A DNA stretch of 64,000 nt from positions 868,001 through 932,000 of the forward strand of contig CM039004.1 of the NCBI GenBank assembly GCA_017499595.2, in the 5' to 3' direction. The translations under genes and the position numbers were made by a program. Source of the DNA: Psilocybe cubensis. Its lineage: Eukaryota. The notes below the pieces were generated by a model. The model worked only from the letters and a program-made list of their open reading frames with translations, was not told the DNA's origin and did no database searches. Positions within the stretch are counted from its first letter, which is position 1, and the number at the start of each line of letters is the position of its first letter. Positions 25,990-37,565 of this stretch are shown here, piece by piece.

Positions 25990-27642
25990 ATGCCCGCTCG
26001 CAATCATCCTCATCCTCAGCCCAGTCGGGAGGTCATCGCCAAGAACAACGATATCCAATTCAGTTCCACAGGTTGGAAGACCACCCATCATGGAGGGAAT
26101 AGCACAACAGGGAAAGCTAGCCTGTCCTATACATTTTTTGGTCAGTGATCGCTATTACACGTATACTATCCTCGATGATAATGTTTATTTGCGTGAAAAG
26201 GTTCCAAGGTCCAGATATATGGAAAAATCAACCAAGACAACCGAAGTGTCAGTCCGACCTTGGTTTGCGCTCTAGATGGGCAGCAATTTAACTCTAACAA
26301 CACAAATCATGCAACGAATGATGATGACCGTCTCTGCGAGTGGCACTCCGATGCACAAGCCGGCTCTCATACAGTGATGTTGAACTTTACTGACAATGGC
26401 GGAGACAGTCTTCGCTTCGAGCGTATACTTTATCGACCGGATCCCACTATACCTTTGAATGACGTTACGATTTATGTGCCCCATTCAGATCCTGCAATAC
26501 GCTACGAAGGTGACTGGAAGCAAGTCAATGGTAGTCACATCGCAACAAATGGGCAAGCAAACATATCTTTTTCTTTTATTGGTGAGTTGTGAATTAGATC
26601 TCACAAATGACGACGCATTTGGTTACATTACGCCATAGGAAGCAGTCTTCAGTGGTTCTGTGATACACCTTCCACTACGAACAATTCGCTTAACCAATCC
26701 ATTCAATTTTCTCTCGATTCTAGCCAAACATTCCGGCCAGTGGATCGAGACTCCAACGACGGTGATAAGTCACCTCGAAGGTCATTCTTCAAAATTCCAG
26801 ATCTTGGATCCGGCCAGCATAACATTACAATTTTCACTAAAGGATTTTCAAATTTAACGCTTTCGCATCTAGTGCTGCTCAATTCCGAAATACAAGCCAG
26901 CACTAGCGGTATTCTCTCATCACCCCTCCCATCTTCAACTTCATCAGACAACACCCTCCCGTCTTCCACCCCATCAGAGACCTCAGACCATAAACACAAA
27001 AAACAGGATCACGATCATCACTCTAGCCAAATGTCATTCAAAGAGAAAATGGTGATAGGGTTTGTTGTAGGAGGTCTGTCACTTTTTTTCCTTGCATTGT
27101 ACACCTACTTGTTCTGTCGACGGCGACGGCGACGCAACCGGATGAACGGATGCAAGTGCGAAGAAAAAAATACAGGAATGCCCAAAGTCTCGAAACGAGG
27201 TCATCAGGCAACCACCACCCTGCCTGCGATATTCTCACACGAATACCCATTCGCACGGCAATCTCCAGCGCAACTTCGCAGCAACCAACGCCAAGTCAAC
27301 GCCTCGAAAAAGCGTCTGACGGTATCTTCATCATCGACGGCAGCCAACACCCTCTTCCAAGTCGCCCCGCTCAGCGCGTTGCCGACGAAGAGCGAGCCCG
27401 ACACTCCGAGAACCAACCGTCCGAACGTTGCTCGTTTTTTCCGGTTCAGCCGTTTTAGCGAGACTTCGCGGTGGACGACGTCGAGCTCCCTTACGCTTCT
27501 GCCGTCGCCGAAGCGGCCTTTTGTGGCTTTGCCGGACGACGATGACCAGACGGTGGTCATGGGTTACAGGCCTGGAACCAACAGGGTGGTTCAAAGCCAC
27601 AGTCGCCCCCCTGAGCCACTTCCGCCATATCCTGGACGTTAG
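25990..27642 (+). CDS. Single-pass membrane protein with beta-rich extracellular region, S/T stalk, TM, basic stop-transfer and C-terminal PPxY
   Basis: Exons give MPARNHP...SLSYTFFG/SKVQIYG...VPHSDPAIRYEGDW...SFSFIG/; TM VIGFVVGGLSLFFLALYTYLFC followed by RRRRRR; ends PPEPLPPYPGR. Confidence 0.75.
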
Positions 27643-28619
27643 AATGTATGTATGTATGTATATTGAACATTAACTTTACTCTCTTTCTATCCGACCTTCG
27701 TTTTCGTTGTATCCCCTGATGTATATATATATCTCTATCTTTTGCGTCTTTTTCTTCCATTCTAGTTGTAGTATACCAGCGCTGTTGCACACACCCCGCA
27801 ACCACTCATTTCGATACCCTCCATCATCAACATCATCAACACAACCATCTTTTATATCACCCTTCGTTCATTCACGCAGTCCAGCCATACACAGATACAC
27901 ACTAAAGTAAAGCTTAGCACGTTCAATTTTAGAAAAAAATTTCTTTTTTGAATTCCGGACCACGCAGCAAACTTCTGCAAGAATGCTCGTTGTTGATCTT
28001 TTTGGTCGTCCGTCGTTCAGGTGTAGACTAGACTAGACTGATCAGCTGCCAGCCATTGTTTTGGCATTTCACTAAGTATAATAATCATGGAGATTCAAAC
28101 CCATTTACGGGTTTAAAGTTCAGGGTGCTAGGGACCTGGCGGTGGGCACGGGATATTACTAGTATTGACGGTGTACATAGTACAGTAATAGTTTTTTGGC
28201 CCTTTATCTGAGCAACCCGTACGTAGTTAGCTCACATTTTCCCAATGGCGGCCATGGCCAAGTCAGTGGCCACGTTGAGAGGAGACAGCAGCGGAGAGAC
28301 GGACGGAATGGAGTGTGTGCATTTCTCATGTTCATCATCAGCATCATCATCAGCATCAGCATCTCCAGAGCTTCGGAAGGGACTCGAAGTGGCATCCGCC
28401 AAAAGAGTTCGTATCTCAACTATACTCGACGTAGATGTACTAGACTTGGAGCTTGGGGCCCTGGGGGTCCGCTCCCGCTTGATCTTATTTTTGATTTTTT
28501 ATTTTTTATTTCGACTTTTTTGATGCTTTTTTTTTGGCATAATCGCAGATCCCTTACCAACGACACATCAACCTTACCCAACGAAGCGCAGCGCTCAGCG
28601 CTCAGCTGTCACTTCCATC

Positions 28620-30370
28620 CAAAAAGACGACTCGACTCGACTCGATGAGGTTGAGTTGAGCTGAGATGATAACATGAGAATAGACAAAAAAATGTTGTAT
28701 TCAATCGATCAAACCAACCAACCAATCGATCGATCGATCGATCGAACATTCAGCTAGTCGAGAGGTAGAGAGTATGAGAGGTAGCTGAGAGATAAAAGAC
28801 CAGAGATAGAGATTGAGATAGAGAGAAGAAGACAGAGAAACAGAGATAAGAGACAGACAAAAGAAACAGAGAGACACAGAGAGACAGAGAGAGACACAGA
28901 GAGAGAGAAGGATGCAGCACAAAGAGAAATTATGAGTAAAGAAAGGGGAGGGGGGCTGCAAAAGATAAATCAGATAAAGAAGAAAAAAAGGCGAATGTGA
29001 AATGACCAAGAGAGCAGCGATATAGCGAAGAAATCGATGATGAAAAAAAGAAATCGAGGAATGATGTCGGAACGTGTTAGAACTTTGATAAAAACCAACG
29101 ATAACGACAACGACAACGAACACTCAGAGTCGGAGGAGTTGGGTGTATCGCATCGAGTCGCGTCGCACGATAAGATAAGTAAGATAAACAGTACCTAAAA
29201 CAACAAATCGAAAGGCGTAAAAAAACAACAAAACAGCAAACTTGAAAAAAAAAGCAATGTTAAGGGAGAGGGCATTTTTGTAGATGCGAAGTAAAGTAGA
29301 TGGAAGATGAAGATGAAAGTTTTGGAATATAGAAAAATAGAAAAAGAAGACATGTATGGAAAAGCAAAAGCAAACAAAAGAAGACGAATCAAAGGATAAA
29401 AAGAGAGAGATGGAAGCAGATCTAAGACCAAGAAAAAGGGTAGATATAATGGAAGGAGACGATGGAGGATGAGGTAGTGGTGGTGGTGGTGGTGATGATA
29501 GGCGTAAAACCAATGACTTGGAGTAGAGGAGTAGCAGAGTTATAGAGGGGAGGAGTAACGGTATACACGGTATGAGAGGATGGATGATGGATGAAGGATG
29601 AAGGCAGAGGGGGGATAGATGATGCTTGTTCCAAAGTGAAAAAATGATCAAAAATAACCTCCAAAAATGAGACGTGGGGTAAATGCCCAGGCAGTGAGTG
29701 GGCGGGGTTACGGGTTGCGGGTTATGGGTTACGGGTAGTGTCGGTGTTGGTGTTTGACTTTGTGCTTGTGCGATGAGGGTGTGACTACACGTATGCAGCC
29801 TTTTTTTGCGCGGGTGTTGCGTGTGCACGTGTGCGTGTGTGTGTGTGTAGGACAGGATATAGAATGCAGAGGTATCGGGGGGATTGGCGTTGGGTTATAC
29901 CATAATCAACACCGACGTCGATGTCGAAGTCGATATCTGGGTCCGGAATCGGTGCATGCTGCATAGAAGAGCAAGTACGGCAGGGGTGTGGGTGAGAGTA
30001 GTACAAATATTATACGAAGAAAAAAAAAGCAATGCAATGCAAAGATGAGGATGAGGGGGGAATAGATGATGCGGATATGAGATCAAACAGACGAGAGACA
30101 AAAAAAAAAAGCGACAACAATGACGACGAGAGTGAGAGTGGGAGGGGAAGGGGTCAGCGTATGCATGATACGCAAGGCTAGCTGCAGTAGGTGTGTTATG
30201 CAGAGGGCCACAATGCCAGATAGAGAGCGCCAAAAAAAAAAAAAGAAAGAAAAAAAAAGAAAAAGAAAAGGTACACAAAAAAGACTTTCGGACAAACCCA
30301 AAAGCCAGCCCGCATACCCCTTCCTCCCTTCCTTCCTTTCCTTCCTTCTCAGCACTCCCATACTCTTTCA
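28620..30370. repeat. Low-complexity, microsatellite-rich tract downstream of the LisH gene
   Basis: (GA)n-like, (TCGA)n, (GGT)n, (GT)n and poly-A runs; strong purine skew on + strand. Confidence 0.7.
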
Positions 30371-30373
30371 TTG

Positions 30374-33300
30374 TCACTTCATATCCAGCCCCGAGCCGAG
30401 ATCATCCGGGTGATTAAACCACTGCCCAAAGTCCCGCTCGAAATTGATATCCCCCGTCGTATTGTTAACCAAAAAGTTGCTCTCGAAATCATCCACCATG
30501 TTGTCAAACGTGAACATGTCAGCACCCAGCCCACCCATCCCGCCTGTCGGCGGCAGATTCAGAAGGGGCGACGAGGACGCCATCATCCCGCTCATCGGAT
30601 TCTGATTCTGATTCTGCGGTTGCTGCTGCTGCTGCTGCTGTTGCGACTGTTGCGACTGCTGCGGCTGTTGTTGCTGTTGCTGAGGCGGAGGAGGGTTCTG
30701 TTGCTGTGGTCCTCCAGGTTGCCCCTGCTGAGGATTTGGCCTATTACCCGGCACAGGCGTCGGCGGCGCCGTCCCTCCTCCCGACGCACCCCCCGCTCCA
30801 GGCGGCCCATTCCTCGGCGACCCATCCGGGTTCATCTGCTGCCCCTGCTGCCCCTGTCCCTGCCCATTCGGTCCTTGCGAGTTCACATTCCCACCAGCGC
30901 CGCTACCACCCGCGCCTGCGCCCTCCTGCTTGATCGTCTTGGGCGGCCCGCCCTGTGCAGGCGACGGCGGCGGCATCATGCCCACCATCGGCGGCTTCGC
31001 GCCCATCCTATTCAGCGGGCCCGCTGAGAACTGGCCCAGCGCACCTGGCCCAGGCGGCGGCGGTCCAGGGTTAAACGGCTGCTCCTGTTTCATATGATAC
31101 ATCTTCAAAAAAAAAGAAAAAAAAGAACATCAGTAAAAAGAAAACAAAACACAACCCCATACTTAAAAAAACCACTCACATGCATCTGCGCCTGCTGCGG
31201 CGCCTGCATCATACCCCCAGGACCGGGCGGATGCATGCCCATCATCCCAGCTCCCTGCTGCCCAGGCTGCCCGCCCATCGGCCCAGGAGGACCCCCAGGC
31301 GCACCCGGCGGCGGACCTCCCGGCCCACCACCACCACCACCACCACCTAACCCAGCATTACCCATCGGGTGATGCGGCTGCGAGCGCGTCGCCATCAGCA
31401 TCATCATCTGGTGCTGCTGTCCTGGGCCCGGTGGACCCTGACCTGGCTGTTGCTGTTGCTGCTGTTGTTGCTGCTGGAGACTTCCAGGTGGCCCACCACT
31501 GCCGCCAGGTCCTTGTTGCCCAGGTTGACCTGGCTGTTGTTGTTGACCAGGATGCTGCGCATACCCCATCAACGGTGTATCCGCCGGCGAGCGCTTCACC
31601 CGCTTGCGCTCAGGCGGCGAGGACTCGGTACGTGGCAGCGTTTCGTGCTACATTAAAAGAAAGGTATAAAAAACCATATAAAACAAATGAAAAGTGATTA
31701 AAAGCGCACCTCTTCGCCCGGCGACGTGCTGTTACGCTTCGTACGCTGCTGCTGCTGCTGCTGTTGCTGCCCAGGCTGACCTGGCCTCTGTCCCTGCGGC
31801 GGTCCACCCATACCCTGCATCGGCCCACTCTTCCCATTCCTCGTCTTCCACATCGCCAAAATCCGATTCTATCACAAAAAAAAGGCACCAACATCAGCAT
31901 CAGCCATCAGCCAACCCCAAACACAGACACATCCATGCCGCCAAAAAAAATCAAGAAAAAAAAAACAACTAAAAAATCAAAGCAAAAAAATCAAAAACAC
32001 ACACCTTCTCCAACATCGAAAGATTCGTCAAATCCTTATCCCCAATTCCCAACTCAGCTTTGAGCGCATTGAGCGTATGCGTCTGGATACCCATAATCTC
32101 CGCATTAATCTGGTTATCCTGTGCACTCGCACTATTACCTCCCCCACCACCCATCCCGCCCATACCCATGCTCATCGGCATACCCCCAGGAGGCGGCGGT
32201 GCAGGTGGCAGTCCACCGCCAACCATCATCCCAGGCGGCCCGCCCATCCCCCCGAGCCCGACGCCCATACCGGGTACAACACCTACCATCGGTCCAACGC
32301 CGGGCGTCTGCCTTGCTGCGAGCGACGGGCTGGCGTGCGGCATCATCCCACCACCAGGACCACCCGCGCTCCCGCGCGGCGTGTTCGTGCGGCTCGGCGG
32401 ACGACCGCCCTGTCCTGGCTGCTGCTGACCTTGCCCTTGTCCCTGCTGCTGCTGCTGCTGCTGCTGGCTACCAGGCGGACCGGGCGTCTGCCCTGGCGCA
32501 TACCCAGGCGTCGGCGGCCCACCTCCCGGTCCTCCTTGTTGACCTCCTTGTTGCTGTTGCTGAGGACCACCACCACCGACGCCACCACCGTTGACACCCC
32601 CCGAAGGCGGAGGCATACCCTGCGGACCAGGTCTCATACCCATCGGCGGCATATGCGGCGACGGCCCCGGACCAGGTCCTCCCAGCTGCGCCATCGGCGC
32701 CTGCCCCTGCGGACCCATCGGGCCCCCTTGTCCCGGTCCTCCAGGCGGCGGACCCTGCCCAGGCGAATGCGCCATCGTCGGGCTCTGGAACGGGCCTCCA
32801 GGTCCCGCACCCCCTCCTCCTCCTCCTCCTCCCGCACCACCACCATTAGGCGGTCCATTCGGATTCTGCCCTGGACCCGGACCCGGCCGCTGCTGTTGTT
32901 GCTGCTGCTGTTGCGCACCGAGCCCGTTCATGACAGGCTGCCTCCCGCCCTGTCCCTGCAACACACCAAACTGCATCGGCCCGCCCTGTCCTTGTCCCTG
33001 ACCCTGTCCAGGACCACCAGGACCATGCTGCGGCCCTCCAATCCCATTCGCCTGCTGCTGACCCTGACCCTGCTGCCCAGGCCCCATCCCAGGCGGCGGC
33101 GGCGGCGGCCCACCATGCCCATGCCCGCCCATCCCACCAAAGCTCATCTGGCCCGGCCCCTGCTGCTGCTGCTGTTGCTGCGGGGGCATCCCATTCGGCA
33201 TCCCGCCCCCGCCCCCCGCTCCATTCGTCATATACCCCCCAGGCCCCGGCCCCGGCCCGCCCGTCGCAGCCGACGGCGGACGCTGCGCCATCCCAGGTAC

Positions 33301-36157
33301 CATCCCATTCACCATCCTCATCTGCTGCTGCTGTTGTTGTTGTTGTTGTTGGCTAGGCCCAGGCCCAGGACCCATCCCAGGCGGCCCTCCAGGCATACCA
33401 CCCGGATGTCCCTGCTGACCAGGCTGCCCCTGCTGATGCCCCTGCCCTGGCCCTCCAGGCTGCTGTTGTTGCTGCTGCTGCTGCTGTGGCTGTGGCGGAC
33501 CATGCTGCATACCCTGCATACCCTGCGGCCCACCGCCCATATTCATCTGCAGCGCCGAAGGCTGCCCAACTCCAACCCCGACGCCGGGTGGGCCAGGTGG
33601 ACCCGGAGGCCCACCGCCGCGCGCATTGGCGTTCGCGCGCTGTGCGGCTTGTTGTTGTTGCTGAAGCGCCTGATGCTGGTTTTTGCGCATCATTGTGAGC
33701 ATGCGTGTGCGTGTGTGAGGAAAGCGTAGTATTTTTGATTTAGAGTTAGGTAGATCATGTTCATATTCATGTTCATGTTCATGGATGAAACGTTGACGTG
33801 ATATTGTCGATTGTCGATGTCGATGTCGATGGTCGATGGTCGATTGTTGACGTCAAAAAAATCGATGATCGATTGTTGATGTCGATGGGATTGTCGATGT
33901 CCAACGTCGATTATTGATAGTCGATGGTCGATGGTCGACGTTGATGCAGATATTGATAGTTGACATCCAAATAAAAAAAAAAAAAAAGATCGACGTTGCA
34001 TTACGAGGCGCAGTCATCGACGACGAGTTGCGAGTTGCGAGTTGCGAAGAACAAAGAACAAAGGTACCGTGTCGATTACGATGTAAATGTCGATTTGATA
34101 TCCATGTTGATTGTCGATGTTGATGATGATGATGTCGATGTTGTTTACGATGTCGATATTGATGTCGATGCAACGAGACGAGATTGAGAGACGAAACGAA
34201 AAAAAAAAAAAAAAAACAAAAACAAAAACAAGACGATCAGTTAACGAACCCAAAAAACCAAAACCAAAAACACAAAGCAAAAAAGGACAGAAGGAGGATA
34301 GGATATGTACAAGGACAAGAATTTGCACAAGGATATGGACAACGATTCGCACAAGGATATCGACAAAGATGCAACGACAAGGATGCAACGACAAGGATGG
34401 AAAGACAAGGATGCAAGGATACAAGGATGCAAAAAAAAACCAAGAAAAAAAAACACGACAACTCACAGTAATATAAACCAACCCATCATCACTACCACCA
34501 CCATTCGATTTCGCCTGAAAGAGCACCCAAAAGACGCTCCACCATCTAATCAAAAAAAAAAAAAAACAAACACCTAGTCAGTATTGTTGTTGCTTTCGTC
34601 CGGTATAACACGGATATTGATATATAAAAAAAAAAAAGAAAAAAGAAAAGAAAGTCATCACAACAAAGGTGAGCGAAGAATACGGAGTACGGGGCAAAAA
34701 AAAAAACGGGACGGGGTGTAATCCAACGGAAATGGAATGAAGAATATAATTTAGGGGGAGGGGGTACACTAGTGCCAACTGAGATGGAGCAACACCAACA
34801 CCAACACCAACAGCAGCAGCACCAACAGCACCAACACCAGCTAGTGGTGGTGGTGGTGGTGGTATCGCATAAACCCAAATAATAATAATATAAAACATTA
34901 AAAAACAAAAAGCAAAAACGCACTCAAACAACAACCCCTGCCGCGCATTAATCGGCGGTGTCGGGTCAGGTACAATCTCCGCTTCAGCCATGAGCTCTTT
35001 GGCGGTGTTGCGGAACCCGCGTTTGTAGCAGTAGTCCCAGATGTAGATGTTGAACCTGTGTGTGGGTTTTTTTGTTTGTGGGTGTGGGTGTGTGGTTGGT
35101 TGTGTGGTGGGTGGGTGGTTTGTGGTTGTGGTTTTCAAGTGGTTGTGTTTTTGAGTGGTTTGTGGTGTTTTCAAATGGTTGTGTGGGTGGTTTTCGAGTG
35201 GTTGTGTGTTTTTTCAAGTGGATGTGTGGGTTGTGTGGGTGGTGTGGGTGGTGGGTGGAATGGTGTCAATGTCCAGTGTCGGGTGTCAAAATCAGTGTAG
35301 GGTGCCATTGTCCAGTGTTCAGTGTCGAAATCAGTGTCGGAATAAGTGTCGAGTCGGGATGTAACAAGGCGAGAAAGAGAGGCGAGAGAGAAAGAGAGAG
35401 AAATAGTCAGTTTCGGTTTCGTTTTCGGATAAGGCGTAAAGGAAAAAGCAAAGGTAAAGGTAAAGGCAAAGGAAAAGGAAAAGGAAAAGGTAAAAGTAAC
35501 TCAGTCAAGTAAGGAGTCAAAAGGTCATGTTGGAATTGCAATTGGAATTGAAGTTGCAATTGTAGTTGAATAGCGGCGCATGGTTGAGTTGGGTTGGAAA
35601 GTTGCAAGTTGCAAGTTGCAAGTTGAAGTTGAAAGTCGAAAGTTGAAATTGAAAGTCGAAAGTTGCAAGTTAGGATATACCCAATAAGACCCAACAAAAG
35701 ACCCAACCGAACGGCCAGACGAACAAAACCCAACAAAAAAAAAAAAACCAAAACCAAAAAAAAAAAGAAAAAAAAAAACCAAAAAAACAACGCACATCTT
35801 ATCCCCCTCCCAAGAAAGCTGCGTCCCCGTCCCACTCCCACTCCCACTTCCCGCACCCGCACCCGTCCCGCTCCCATTCCCTGCACCTGTCCCACTCCCA
35901 TTCCCTGTCCCTGGCCCCGACCCAGCTTGTGAATCCGTCTGCATCGGCGAAGGCTGCGGCGCGCCTACACCCATACCCTGTCCTACGCCCATACCCATAC
36001 TCGACCCCGGCCCTGAGCCAACGCCCATACCCATACTCGACCCCGGCCCCGCGCCAACGCCCATACCCATCCCAGGCCCCGACCCAACGCCCGGCCCTGA
36101 ACCGACGCCAGGCCCTGATGAAGGATGCGCAAGCGGTGGTGGTGGATGTGACGCCAT
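30374..36157 (-). CDS. LisH-domain transcriptional regulator of the Flo8/Som1 (SSDP/LUFS) type with a Q/G/P/M-rich prion-like region
   Basis: Spliced LUFS region LSWEGDKM/FNIYIWDYCYKRGFRNTAKELMAEA..PPINARQGLLFE/WWSVFWVLFQAK; long poly-Q/GP exon; acidic-aromatic C-terminus INFERDFGQWFN. Confidence 0.85.
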
Positions 36158-37565
36158 GTTTATCCTTATCCTTGTTCTTGTTCGTGTTCGTGTGCTTGTT
36201 CGTGTTCTGCACTAAGCTGCTAAATGTGTTGTGGTGTTGTGGTGTATTATAAGTGTGTGTTGTTGGTGTTGGTGATGTTCGTATTGGTGTTGGTGTTGAC
36301 GACGACGACGACGACGTACTAGGTCGACCCAACGACCGATATCACAAACGATGTCGGAGTCGATGTGCCCGATCGAAAAGGCTGGTGTGGCGGCACTCGG
36401 GTGATTCGGGTGGTTCGGGGTGTGACCGTCCGACGAGAGCGAGAGCGAGATGAGTAGTCGTAGTAGCGGGCGGTAGAGGTAGCGGTGGAAGTAGAGGTAG
36501 AGGTAGCGGTGGAAGTAGCAGAGGTGGAAGTAGAAGTAGACGTAGAACTGATATCGGAAATTGGAATCCCAACAGACACCTGTCAAGTCCCGGTCAGGTC
36601 AGGTCAAGGTCAAGGTCCAGATTTCAGATTGGAAGTGCAAGTGCAAGAGCGCACTATATCGTAAACAGTGTACAGTGTACAGCGCACAATGCACAGTGTG
36701 CAGAGTAGAGTAGTGCAGAGTAGAGTAGACGTAGTGCACAGAGGTAGTGCAAGATACGAACTACGAACTACGGATTACAGAACAGATTCCGGATAGCGAT
36801 GAAAGAAGTGGATAGTGGATATGTGACAAGCTTAAACAAAAAAAGACGCACAGACCACAGACCACAGGGGGAAGGGAAACCACAATGTCAACGCCAATGC
36901 CGAGAGCCCAGATAGGGAAAACGGGACGTGTGTGGTATGATATCGAGGGAGAAAGAGAAAGAAAAGAAAAAGAAAAAACCGAGGATGTGGTGTGGTGGTG
37001 TGAGTGACTGCTCAATGCAGAGAAGGGTGGAAAATCCGAGGAGACAAGGTCGGGTGGGAAATTTGGGTGTCTCCGGGTGAATTCTGTTTGCTGTTTGCTG
37101 GCTGGCTGGCCTGCTGGCTAGCCTTGCTGGCTGTGGTAGGTGAGTGGAGTCCTGCCTGCCTGCTGGCTAGCTGGTGACTGCTGCGGCGAAGAAGTTCTAG
37201 ATCCCGGACTATCAACCCTAGCGCAGGAGAGAGAGAGAGAAAGGGGGCGTGGCTAGGTCCGAAAGCGGCGGGTCGGGATAATGGAAACGCACTACGTGGT
37301 ACACAGTCTGTCAGGACGCACGTGTCAAGGTAAAGCGCACCCTGCTCCTGCACCTGCCGACGAGAGATGTGTTATGGAGGGCGAAGAGAGATAAGTGTGG
37401 GGGGAGTAGGGGTTGTTGTTTGGTTGTACAGCAAGTCAGCAGTGGGGACGAGTGAACAGCTCGACAAACTCTCTCACTTGCACCAAACAAATCAATACAT
37501 CCAAACTATTTATTAATAAAAGTAGTTATAGTACGTTATACACAGCAAATAGCACAGCACAAATC

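Noticed and set aside
28701-30377. Hydrophobic F/L/S-rich ORFs on the minus strand (e.g. 29124-29828)
   Set aside because: Translation of pyrimidine-rich simple repeats; they look like TM proteins only because of composition.
32077-33729. 550-aa + strand ORF and other overlapping + ORFs
   Set aside because: Antisense shadow of the GC-rich poly-Q/G/P exon of the LisH gene; poly-L/R/C content simply mirrors CAG and GGN codons.
33780-34440. Repeated GTCGAT / CAAGGAT units as a CRISPR-like or coding array
   Set aside because: Short imperfect microsatellite-like motifs inside an intron, with no constant repeat-spacer period; eukaryotic context.
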